Notes: generated by a model from the letters alone, not told the origin. A stretch of DNA of 13,527 nt from Candidatus Muiribacteriota bacterium (GCA_051747805.1 JBNJGP010000027.1:18614-32140); one strand, 5' to 3'; positions 1-8,149 are shown, numbered from the stretch's first letter. Numbers and translations: made by a program.

Positions 1-76
1 TCAATAAGATAATATAATTATACTATATTTTTGTTAAAAAATCAGTATTTTTCAATAGTTTTTTCTTAATGTTTTT

Positions 77-195
77 GCTCCTTACTTCTCACTTCTCACG
101 GCTCTTCTCGGCTCCTATCGACCTCTATCGTCTCACTTCTCACCTCTCACTTCTCACGGCTCTTCTCGGCTCTTCTCGGCTCCTAACTTCTCACT
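77..195 (+). repeat. Mosaic short tandem repeat (7-mer ACTTCTC/ACCTCTC plus 10-mer GGCTCTTCTC/GGCTCCTATC)
   Basis: 7-mers at 84-90, 91-97, 135-141, 142-148, 149-155 and 186-192; 10-mers at 100-109, 110-119, 158-167 and 168-177. Exact 28-bp duplication TCTCACTTCTCACGGCTCTTCTCGGCTC at 87-114 and 145-172. Confidence 0.95.
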
Positions 196-220
196 GGTTA
201 CCGGATAAAAATAGAATATA

Positions 221-249
221 TTGCATTCATCTTTACAATAGAGTAATTT
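221..249 (+). promoter_or_regulatory. Possible sigma70-type promoter for the GGDEF-pyrBI-CDF block
   Basis: TTGCAT (221-226), 17-bp spacer, TAATTT (244-249). An alternative -10, TACAAT, lies at 234-239. The AT-rich context makes this weak. Confidence 0.3.
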
Positions 250-256
250 AAAATTA

Positions 257-1483
257 ATGAAAAAAATTGTTTTTTTTCTTTTTATTTTATTAATAATAAC
301 GTTTTTTTCCTCTACAATTTATTTCAGCGATTTTATAACAAACCCTGAAAATGGATATTATCCGAAATTTCAGAATTTTTTCACTTTTCTGCCTTATGGA
401 TTATTATTATTAACTATTTTTGCAGGAGCCCATTTTAATCGTTCAAAAATAGTTTTTGGGGCACTTTTCTGTATTCCTGTTTATAATTTAATATTAACAA
501 AAAATTTTGAAAATACTGATTTTTTTATAATTAATCTAACTTTAATTCTTTTTTTCACTCTGCTGAATTTTTTAAACGAAAAGGGGATATTAACCCTTAG
601 AGGTATAATTAAAATAATATTCTTTGGAGCATATTTTTATTTTGCACTTTACCTTACTGGTATTAACCGAAATAACTTTGACCTTTTTATACAAAAAACC
701 CCTTATTTATTTTTTGAATCAATTAATCACAGGTATTTCTTTATTTCACTAGTATTATCTCTAATGTTAATCAGTGCTATTTATTTATTTAAAAACTTAA
801 AAAATAAATTTTCACCTTTCATATTTTCACTTGTGATTTTTTTAACTCTTATTTTATTTGGAAGAATTTACCTGAAAGATATTTCTGCTGTCCAATTAAA
901 TTTTATTTTCTCAAGTTATTTTAGCTTTATTGCCCTTATATTTACCGGCTCTTTATATTTTTCCACCTGGGAAAGGGTTTTTACAGATGAACTTACCGGA
1001 CTTTTAAATCGTCGTGCCATGGATGAACATTTAAACAAACTTGGAAAAACATATACAATAACTATGATGGACATTGACCACTTTAAAAAATTTAATGATA
1101 CCTACGGACATCAGGCAGGTGACGATGTTTTGAAACATGTTTCTTCTATTTTAGAAAAAAATTCGTATGGAAAAACCTTCAGGTACGGCGGAGAAGAGTT
1201 TGCTGTTGTTACTGGTGGAAAAACCTATGAATCTTTAGTGGATAAAGCCGATTTTTTCAGACTTAATGTTGAAAAAACCCCTTATTTCTTAAAAAGGGCA
1301 AAAAAGAAAAGTCAGCTTGGAAAAAAGGTTTTTGTAACTGTAAGTATGGGGCTTGCCTCTTCAACAGATTTTATTTCTGACCCGGCCGATGTTTTACAAT
1401 GTGCTGATGGAGCCTTATACCGTGCAAAAAACAGAGGAAGAAACAGAGTAGAAGTTGAAAAACGTAAAAAGAAAAGAAAATAA
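257..1483 (+). CDS. Multi-pass membrane diguanylate cyclase (GGDEF domain)
   Basis: About 235 hydrophobic N-terminal residues with several TM segments. GGDEF motifs TDELTGLLNRR, MMDIDHFKKFNDTYGHQAGD, RYGGEEF, VTVSMG and ADGALYRAKNRGRN. Confidence 0.93.
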   Translation: MKKIVFFLFILLIITFFSSTIYFSDFITNPENGYYPKFQNFFTFLPYGLLLLTIFAGAHFNRSKIVFGALFCIPVYNLILTKNFENTDFFIINLTLILFFTLLNFLNEKGILTLRGIIKIIFFGAYFYFALYLTGINRNNFDLFIQKTPYLFFESINHRYFFISLVLSLMLISAIYLFKNLKNKFSPFIFSLVIFLTLILFGRIYLKDISAVQLNFIFSSYFSFIALIFTGSLYFSTWERVFTDELTGLLNRRAMDEHLNKLGKTYTITMMDIDHFKKFNDTYGHQAGDDVLKHVSSILEKNSYGKTFRYGGEEFAVVTGGKTYESLVDKADFFRLNVEKTPYFLKRAKKKSQLGKKVFVTVSMGLASSTDFISDPADVLQCADGALYRAKNRGRNRVEVEKRKKKRK

Positions 1484-1502
1484 ATAAAAATGGAGGTAAT
1501 CT

Positions 1503-2432
1503 TTGAAACTACAAAGTAAGGATGTTATTTCTATTAATGATATCAGCAGGGAAGAAATTGATTTTATTCTTAAAAAGGCTGAAAAAGTTGAAAACATGGA
1601 TGAAAGCCAGAAGCTTAATCTATTAAAAGGTAAAGTTATTGCCTCGCTTTTCTTTGAACCGTCTACTCGTACAAAAGATTCCTTTATATCTGCCTGTCTT
1701 AAAATAGGCGGACAGATTGTTGGATTTTCTGACACAAGTGCAACTTCATTAAAAAAAGGTGAATCTTTATATGATACTGTAAAAATGTATGAAAGTTATA
1801 CTGATGTTATTGTTATGCGTCATAAAGTAGAGGGGGCCGCAAGATATGCAGCTGAGTCTGTTTCAATACCTGTAATAAACGGCGGTGACGGAGCAAATCA
1901 ACATCCTACTCAGACACTTCTTGATTTATACTCTATAAAGAAAACCCAGAAAAAAATTGATAATCTACATGTTGCTATGGCAGGTGATTTAAAATATGGA
2001 CGAACTGTTCACTCACTTGCGGCAGCGCTTTCAAAATATAACTGTAAACTCCATTTTATAAGTCCTGAATCACTTCTAATGCCCGATTATATTAAACATG
2101 AACTTGATAATAAAAACATTGAATGGACAGAACATAAAGAAATAGGCGAAATAATTAACACAACAGATATTCTTTATATGACACGTATTCAGGCTGAAAG
2201 ATTTCCCGATAAAACTGAGTATGAAAAAGTTAAAGGGGTTTATGTTCTAGATAACTCACTTTTAAAGAATGTAAAAGAAAACTTGAAAATTATGCATCCG
2301 CTTCCACGAGTAGACGAAATTGATAAAGAGGTGGATTCAACACCATATGCATATTATTTTCAACAGGCGGCAAACGGTATTCCTGTAAGACAGGCACTTT
2401 TATCTCTATTAACTGGAGGTTTAAATGAATAA
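1503..2432 (+). CDS. pyrB: Aspartate carbamoyltransferase catalytic subunit
   Basis: FFEPSTRT carbamoyl-phosphate motif, KKGESLYDT, GDGANQHPTQTLLD, GDLKYGRTVHSL, YMTRIQAER and MHPLPR. TTG start with GGAGG RBS at 1492-1496. Confidence 0.98.
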   Translation: MKLQSKDVISINDISREEIDFILKKAEKVENMDESQKLNLLKGKVIASLFFEPSTRTKDSFISACLKIGGQIVGFSDTSATSLKKGESLYDTVKMYESYTDVIVMRHKVEGAARYAAESVSIPVINGGDGANQHPTQTLLDLYSIKKTQKKIDNLHVAMAGDLKYGRTVHSLAAALSKYNCKLHFISPESLLMPDYIKHELDNKNIEWTEHKEIGEIINTTDILYMTRIQAERFPDKTEYEKVKGVYVLDNSLLKNVKENLKIMHPLPRVDEIDKEVDSTPYAYYFQQAANGIPVRQALLSLLTGGLNE

Positions 2433-2880
2433 CAGACCATATAAAGTATATAGGATAGAGGACGGTATTGTAATAGATCATATTCCAAATAAAAAATCCC
2501 TTGATGTGCTTAAAATTCTTGGATTAGATAAAGAGCATGATAGTCTTATTACCCTGGGAGTTAATTTATCAAGCTCTAAATTCGGGAAAAAAGATGTTAT
2601 TAAAATTGAAAACAAAATTCTTTCAGAAGATGAGTTAAACAAAATAGCAATAGTTTCTCCCGAGGCCACCATTAATATTATTAAAAATGGAAAATTAATT
2701 AATAAACATAATGCTGTAATCCCTGAAAAATATACTGGTATAATAAAATGTCCCAATCCTCTCTGTGTAACCAGGGTTGAAAAAGTTAATACAATTTTTT
2801 ATTCTGAAACAAGAGAAAAAAAAGTTAAATGCCATTACTGTGAAAGAAAATTTGAGGTAAAATATGTCAATTTGCTCTAG
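2425..2880 (+). CDS. pyrI: Aspartate carbamoyltransferase regulatory subunit
   Basis: IEDGIVIDHI, GKKDVIKIE and PEATINII motifs; Zn ligands CPNPLC...CHYC. Overlaps pyrB by 8 bp, with a GGAGG RBS. Confidence 0.97.
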   Translation: MNNRPYKVYRIEDGIVIDHIPNKKSLDVLKILGLDKEHDSLITLGVNLSSSKFGKKDVIKIENKILSEDELNKIAIVSPEATINIIKNGKLINKHNAVIPEKYTGIIKCPNPLCVTRVEKVNTIFYSETREKKVKCHYCERKFEVKYVNLL

Positions 2881-3736
2881 AGAAATAAAAAAAATAACTT
2901 TAATCAGCATTTTAGGAAATATTCTTTTAGGTATCTTAAAAATTCTCGCCGGTTTTTATGGCCAAAGTCAAGCTCTGCTGGCAGATGGAGTTCATTCCCT
3001 TTCTGATTTAAGCACTGATATTCTTATTTATACAGGCTCTATTTTCTGGAGTAAGCCCGCCGATAAAAAATATCCCTACGGACATGGAAGAATAGAAATT
3101 ATTATAACTCTAATCCTGGGACTGCTTGTTTTTGCAGCAGCGATTCCAATTATTTATTCCTCTCTAACAGGTATTCAGAGAACAGATTATTTAGAAACAC
3201 CATTAAAAATAACCATGGTAATTGCCTTTTTTTCAGTAATATTTAAAGAATTTCTTTACAGACTTACACTGAAAACCGGAAAAAAAATTAACTCTCCGGC
3301 TGTTATTGCAAATGCCTGGCATCATCGCAGTGATTCTTTTTCATCAATTCCGGTAATTATTTCAATTGGATGTGCTATTTATCTTCCTGACTGGATTTTC
3401 ATGGATAGAATAGGAGCTGTAATAGTAGGGGTAATACTAATTAAAACCGCTATTAAATTCATTTATAAATCAATTAATATTTTAATGGACAGAGCAGCTC
3501 CTGATGAAGTTTTATCTGCTCTTAATAAATTATGCCAGAATGAAGGAAGAATACTTGAATTTCATAAAATACGAACCAGGTATATAGGAAATACTATTTC
3601 TCTTGACATGCACATTGAACTTGATGCAAACCTATCACTAAAAAAAGCTCATGATATTTCATCAGAAGTCAAAAAAGAAATTATCAGGCAAATACCAGAA
3701 ATCTCAGATGTAATAATTCACATAGAACCTTATTGA
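2864..3736 (+). CDS. Cation diffusion facilitator family transporter (FieF-like Fe/Zn clade)
   Basis: SQALLADGVHSLSD, PADKKYPYGHGRIE, ANAWHHRSD, and a C-terminal dimerisation domain ending VIIHIEP. GAGG RBS; 17-bp overlap with pyrI. Confidence 0.95.
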   Translation: MSICSREIKKITLISILGNILLGILKILAGFYGQSQALLADGVHSLSDLSTDILIYTGSIFWSKPADKKYPYGHGRIEIIITLILGLLVFAAAIPIIYSSLTGIQRTDYLETPLKITMVIAFFSVIFKEFLYRLTLKTGKKINSPAVIANAWHHRSDSFSSIPVIISIGCAIYLPDWIFMDRIGAVIVGVILIKTAIKFIYKSINILMDRAAPDEVLSALNKLCQNEGRILEFHKIRTRYIGNTISLDMHIELDANLSLKKAHDISSEVKKEIIRQIPEISDVIIHIEPY

Positions 3737-3780
3737 AAAACCTGGTCACTTTATGTTATAATATAATTAAAGGGAGGTGA
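3733..3780 (+). promoter_or_regulatory. Sigma70-type promoter with extended -10, plus RBS, for the acidic flagellin-like gene
   Basis: TTGAAA (3733-3738), 18-bp spacer, TG-n-TATAAT (3754-3762); SD GGAGGTGA at 3773-3780. Confidence 0.6.
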
Positions 3781-3785
3781 TTTTT

Positions 3786-4511
3786 ATGGTAGATAAAATT
3801 AATGACAGAAATATTATGCTTTATGAAAATCTCTTAAATAATAATTCCCAACCCGTTAATAATAATTCCTTTGTTAATGATATTGCAGAAAAAAATCAAA
3901 ATAATATTTCACAGCTTGAAGATAATTTAGACCTTAGAGGGGATCAAACTCAGGAAATTATTTCGGATTATAATAATCAAATTTCTAATTTAGAAAACGA
4001 ATATACAGCTTATGAAAATATAGCCAGTTCTCTTGAGAATATCAGAAATTTACAGCAGGAATTTCAGGAAGATGAAAATACCGAAGAAAGAACAGCTGAT
4101 TTTCAGGAGCAAATTGATGAAGAAATTGATGTAATTAACAATATTATTGAACAATCTCCCGAAGAAGACATTAATATTTTTGCAGGTACTAACCTTATAG
4201 AAGTTTTAAACAAGGGTATATCTGTTGAAGAAGAAAACCCTGCTTTAGAGGCAGCCGAAAATGACATGTATTTCAGAATGGATTCTGTCGAATCAAGAAT
4301 TCAATCGAACGATAGAAGACTTGCCCGCAACGAAGAGGATTTAGTTAATATTGAAAATGCTATTGAAGAGATTGAAGATATTGATTTCAGAGATAATATT
4401 ATAGATGAGATTAATAATCAGATTACCAGTAATGAAGTGAATGCAGATAATTTAAATTCCTTTTATAATACAAATAATTTCCGCGATATTTTATTATACG
4501 ATATAGTTTAA
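3786..4511 (+). CDS. Highly acidic coiled-coil protein, probable divergent flagellin-family homolog
   Basis: Start moved from GTG 3777, which lies inside the SD, to ATG 3786. Segments QISNLENEYTAYENIASSLENIRNL...FQEQIDEEIDVINNIIEQS...INIFAG and ALEAA...NIENAIEEIEDIDF...NQI follow flagellin N- and C-terminal helix registers. Manual count: 57 D/E versus 14 K/R in 241 aa. The CDS itself is confident; the family call is by eye. Confidence 0.68.
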   Translation: MVDKINDRNIMLYENLLNNNSQPVNNNSFVNDIAEKNQNNISQLEDNLDLRGDQTQEIISDYNNQISNLENEYTAYENIASSLENIRNLQQEFQEDENTEERTADFQEQIDEEIDVINNIIEQSPEEDINIFAGTNLIEVLNKGISVEEENPALEAAENDMYFRMDSVESRIQSNDRRLARNEEDLVNIENAIEEIEDIDFRDNIIDEINNQITSNEVNADNLNSFYNTNNFRDILLYDIV

Positions 4512-4524
4512 CCAAAAAAAATTA

Positions 4525-5229
4525 TTAGTCAGCAATTCCTACGGGAAACATATATAGTGGGGTTTCATTATTTTTTATTTCACCTATTATATTTTTTAAT
4601 TTATCCTCATCAAAAGAACCAATTGCAACAGTTGCAAGTGATAATGCCTCACATTGCAGATATATATTCTGTCCTACATGACCTGCTTCCATATGTACAT
4701 ACATTTCGGCTCGACTGCCATACCTGCGGGTTGTTCTTTCATAGACACCCGTGATAATTATTGTAACAGGCGCATCTTTGAGTGCTTTCTGACCAAAACC
4801 ATATTCTGATAATTTTTCACGATAATCTCCTTCATTTACTAGTTTCAGTGAATGTTGCTCAACTTGATACTTGTAAATCCCATCTTTAACTCCATCTGTT
4901 TGAGTTATTGAAAAATAAATTTCAAGTGGATATAACGCACCAGCTGAAGGTGCTGCCCGGAACGGCATCTGTTCACCGGTAATTCCCTGACTGGCCCATG
5001 CCAGCTGTGAAATATTTTCTAAAGTTAAACCTTTATCAGAGTATTCTCTTATTGACCTTCTGTTATTAATTGCCTTTTCTAATGAAATATTTCCATCTGT
5101 TGCAGGTGGTAAAAGGCTGATATTAACTTCCTTGCTGTTATTTTGATTTATGTTTCCCCACTGGGCCGACACAGATATTAAAGATAATATAATAATAACT
5201 AAAATATTTATTTTTTTATTTTTAAGCAT
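4525..5229 (-). CDS. SagB/ThcOx-like nitroreductase-fold flavoprotein with N-terminal signal peptide
   Basis: LEKAINNRRSIREY, RAAPSAGALYPLE, MEAGHVGQNIYLQ and AIGSFD motifs. N-terminus MLKNKKINILVIIILSLISVSA|Q; GGAGG RBS. Confidence 0.9.
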   Translation of the reverse strand: MLKNKKINILVIIILSLISVSAQWGNINQNNSKEVNISLLPPATDGNISLEKAINNRRSIREYSDKGLTLENISQLAWASQGITGEQMPFRAAPSAGALYPLEIYFSITQTDGVKDGIYKYQVEQHSLKLVNEGDYREKLSEYGFGQKALKDAPVTIIITGVYERTTRRYGSRAEMYVHMEAGHVGQNIYLQCEALSLATVAIGSFDEDKLKNIIGEIKNNETPLYMFPVGIAD

Positions 5230-5286
5230 TTTACCTCCAATTTTAAAAATTACTTTTTTAAATTTTAAAGAAATATAATATAAAAA

Positions 5287-6432
5287 TCAAATACTAACGA
5301 TTTTTCCCATTTTTTTTAATTTTTCTGCCAGTAAACTTAATATTTTTTCTCTTGGCATTATTCCTCTCTGCTTAAAAAGGATTTTTTTATGTCCCTTATT
5401 GATTTTTTTTCCAATTATAAAGTTTATTTTATCTCCAGCCTCAAGCAGTTTACAAAGCAGGGTAGAGGCATTTTCTTCTTCTCCGGATATATCCTCCCCA
5501 AGTACATTATAAGCCTGATTCAGTGTAACCGCTCCTTCCGTTACAAGATAAATACCATCTATAAAAAGTCTTGGAGGCGCAATCAGCGAAGCATTTTCTT
5601 CTATTTTTATTTCCTTGTTTAATACTCTGGCAGCTATTTTAGCAGTGGTATCACCACATATAACAGGAACTCCCTGCATGGAAATAAATTTATTAATAAT
5701 TTTATAATCGTCTTCTTCTTTTTGTGGCGGTCCCGAAAGAATATTAATTATTTTTCCCTCCCGGCATTTAAGTAAAACTGATGTTGTATCATCCTGAAAT
5801 ATGTTATCAGAATATTTATATGCTTGCTCTACAATTAATTTTGGAATTTTAACTTTATTTATTTTCTGATATAAAAGCGTCTCTATAAAATCGCAAATTT
5901 CCTCTACACTCCAGCCTTCTATTAGACCTTTACCTATTCCTGCCTGTGTAATTCCATCTGTATTTAATAAAATCGCATCATTAACATCAAGATAACAAAT
6001 TGTTTCTTCGACAGGTTCGCCTCCAAGTTCAATTGTATGTTTTTTCGTGGCAACTGCCTTGTTACCGGTAATTAAAAGCGGGGGCGGAGCATGATAACTG
6101 AGTGTTACTGTATCACCATTGTTTAAAATTTTACCCGCCGTAAATGCGGCATAGGGAAGATCATAACCTTTACTTTTCCTGTTTGTTTCAACTGCTTTTT
6201 GAACTGCCTGTCTTAAAGAAAATCCCTCTTTACTTAATCTGATAATTCTGGAGGCAAATAGCTGAGCATAAATATTAGCCTTAACACCATGACCAAGACC
6301 GTCTGCAAGGACAAAAAAAGTATAATCATTCTCTTTATAACTTATAAAATAATCCCCGCATACTTTTTCATTATAATGATTTTTGGAATGAACAAAAATA
6401 TCAATATGTTTATATGAAGATGGGAAGCCCAT
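5287..6432 (-). CDS. SpoIIE/PP2C-family Ser/Thr phosphatase, HfsC-like (hydrogenase-associated)
   Basis: Metal-binding motifs VCGD, LADGLGHG, TDGITQAG and DDTT. C-terminal extension (GPP...ICGDTTA...LVTEGAVTL) typical of hfsC-type proteins. Starts 2 bp after the hydS stop, with an AGGAG RBS. Confidence 0.9.
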   Translation of the reverse strand: MGFPSSYKHIDIFVHSKNHYNEKVCGDYFISYKENDYTFFVLADGLGHGVKANIYAQLFASRIIRLSKEGFSLRQAVQKAVETNRKSKGYDLPYAAFTAGKILNNGDTVTLSYHAPPPLLITGNKAVATKKHTIELGGEPVEETICYLDVNDAILLNTDGITQAGIGKGLIEGWSVEEICDFIETLLYQKINKVKIPKLIVEQAYKYSDNIFQDDTTSVLLKCREGKIINILSGPPQKEEDDYKIINKFISMQGVPVICGDTTAKIAARVLNKEIKIEENASLIAPPRLFIDGIYLVTEGAVTLNQAYNVLGEDISGEEENASTLLCKLLEAGDKINFIIGKKINKGHKKILFKQRGIMPREKILSLLAEKLKKMGKIVSI

Positions 6433-6434
6433 TA

Positions 6435-8141
6435 TTAACTCCTGTCTTTATCGGAAGAAAAAATTTCCATTAAATTATCCAGAATTGTTTCTCCGACAGC
6501 AGTATTATCCCCAAGCATCTTAGCAAGTTTCTGCGAAGTTTCTATCTGATGCTCAATAAGTTGTCTCACTTTAAGTATAGATTCCTTTTTTACTTTTTGT
6601 AAATATTTTTGATTATTTTCCAATTTTGTTATATCAATAAATATCCCCACATACTGATTTTCTTCTGGTAATTTATATAACATCTGATGACAGATTAAAT
6701 TGTACTGGGAATAATTAACTGTCCCTTGGCTGAAACTTTCTCTGCCTGAAACTAGATTATCAAAATATCCGGGATCTATTATTTTTGCAATATTAAGACC
6801 CACAGAAGAATCCGAACACATGAAATATTTTTTAAACTGTTTATTCAAAGATATAATATTTAATCGACTATCCAGTATTACTATACCGTTTGGGCTGGAC
6901 TGCATTATTTTATCTGTCTTACTTTCTGCAAGTCTTCTCATATATGGAATACACATCTCTACTTCAGCTCGATTATAAAAATGCGCAAAAGCCTTGTCTC
7001 TACAAGTATCATAACCACAAGCCCCGCAGTTAAGCTGATTTTCTTCTGTTCCTTTACCAGTAAGTTCAAGTAAATTTTTTATATCATCTTCAGTGGGAAC
7101 TTTTTCTGGTTTAAGTTTTTTATCCTTAAATACCTGTTTTGAATCAATATCATCATAAATAGAGAGATTTTCGCGTTCTACATTTATAATTTTACTCTCT
7201 TTATTTTCCAGGTTTCTTTTTCTATGATAAACAGGAATTTCTGATTTTATACCAGGGCCATTAATACAGCCTTCATCACAGAAAAGTATTTCTACAAACA
7301 CTTTTTCGTTCAGCGAAGATATGCTTCTGCATATTTCATCTAACTTTTTGAAACCATCTACTATAATCGTCTGAAAATTTGCAAGTTCTTCCTCAACATT
7401 TTTTATGCCTCCGTTTAAGGGGAATTTATCCAAGGTTCCGTTTGACGGAAAATCAAACTCACTTTCTTCCAGCTCTGACAGTTTAATATTTTTTTTAAAA
7501 AAAAGTTCAAACAGTTCTTCAAAAGTAATAACGACAGTATTTGTATTTATGTTTTCTGCTCTTTCTGCTTCATATTTTTTTGCAGTACAAGGAGATATAA
7601 AAACATTTGCCTCAACTTCCGGTTTTATTTTTTTTAAAGCTTTGCTATTTAAAATAAGTGGAGAAGAGGAAGGTACAAGCATTGGTATTAATTCGGGATA
7701 ATATTTTTCTATATAGGTTACAACTGCCGGACAACAGGAGGAAATAACACTGTGATCAACAGAAAAAAGATACGCAGCTGAACAGGCGGCATTTTTTTTA
7801 GATGCCGTTACTGTTTCAGCTACGTAATTAAAGCCTGCCTTCCTCAGGGCGGAGGGGATCCGTTTAAACTCCCATTTAGAAAGCAGGGATTTTAAAGATG
7901 GCGCTATGCTTGCTGTCACCACCTTATGGATGGAGATTAAATCTAAAACCTTATTTAAATCTTTTCTGTACTCTTTGGCTTTTTTAGGACATACTTTTAT
8001 ACAGGTTCCACAGTATATACACAAATCATCATCAATAGAGGCCCTGTGATTTTCCATTTTAATAGCCTTAACAGGACAGTTTCTCAGACATTTATAACAG
8101 TCTCTGCATTCTGTTTTATTTGTATAAATAATATTGTCCAT
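6435..8141 (-). CDS. hydS: PAS-domain sensory [FeFe]-hydrogenase (group C, HydS/HfsB-like)
   Basis: Two N-terminal 4Fe-4S motifs (CRDCYKCLRNCP, CIYCGTCIKVCP). H-cluster motifs SSCCP, SPCTAKKYE and EILFCDEGCINGPG. Extra FeS motif NCGACGYDTC-x16-C; PAS start IMQSSPNGIVILD; C-terminal helix. Confidence 0.92.
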   Translation of the reverse strand: MDNIIYTNKTECRDCYKCLRNCPVKAIKMENHRASIDDDLCIYCGTCIKVCPKKAKEYRKDLNKVLDLISIHKVVTASIAPSLKSLLSKWEFKRIPSALRKAGFNYVAETVTASKKNAACSAAYLFSVDHSVISSCCPAVVTYIEKYYPELIPMLVPSSSPLILNSKALKKIKPEVEANVFISPCTAKKYEAERAENINTNTVVITFEELFELFFKKNIKLSELEESEFDFPSNGTLDKFPLNGGIKNVEEELANFQTIIVDGFKKLDEICRSISSLNEKVFVEILFCDEGCINGPGIKSEIPVYHRKRNLENKESKIINVERENLSIYDDIDSKQVFKDKKLKPEKVPTEDDIKNLLELTGKGTEENQLNCGACGYDTCRDKAFAHFYNRAEVEMCIPYMRRLAESKTDKIMQSSPNGIVILDSRLNIISLNKQFKKYFMCSDSSVGLNIAKIIDPGYFDNLVSGRESFSQGTVNYSQYNLICHQMLYKLPEENQYVGIFIDITKLENNQKYLQKVKKESILKVRQLIEHQIETSQKLAKMLGDNTAVGETILDNLMEIFSSDKDRS

Positions 8142-8149
8142 AATTTTTT

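Noticed and set aside
77..195. CRISPR array
   Set aside because: Units are 7-10 bp and contiguous, with no unique spacers and no cas genes.
69..251. 60-aa ORF (LTSH/SRL repeats)
   Set aside because: It is the translation of the 7-mer/10-mer repeat array, with no RBS.
1415..2910. Minus-strand ORFs 1415-1735, 2290-2481, 2478-2756 and 2695-2910
   Set aside because: Antisense shadows of well-supported DGC/pyrB/pyrI/CDF genes with no recognisable motifs.
3777..3785. GTG start at 3777
   Set aside because: It lies within the SD GGAGGTGA; ATG 3786 has proper spacing.
5005..5022. Rex-like sequence CTGTGAA-ATAT-TTTCTAA in the nitroreductase gene
   Set aside because: Only 10 of 14 positions match, with a poor right arm; expected by chance in AT-rich DNA.
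4525..5229. RiPP (thiazole/oxazole) biosynthetic cluster suggested by the SagB-like gene
   Set aside because: No YcaO, E1-like protein, precursor peptide or transporter nearby; standalone members of this family are common.
5287..6432. Sporulation gene spoIIE
   Set aside because: It lacks the multi-TM N-terminus of true SpoIIE, and its context indicates a hydrogenase-associated PP2C.
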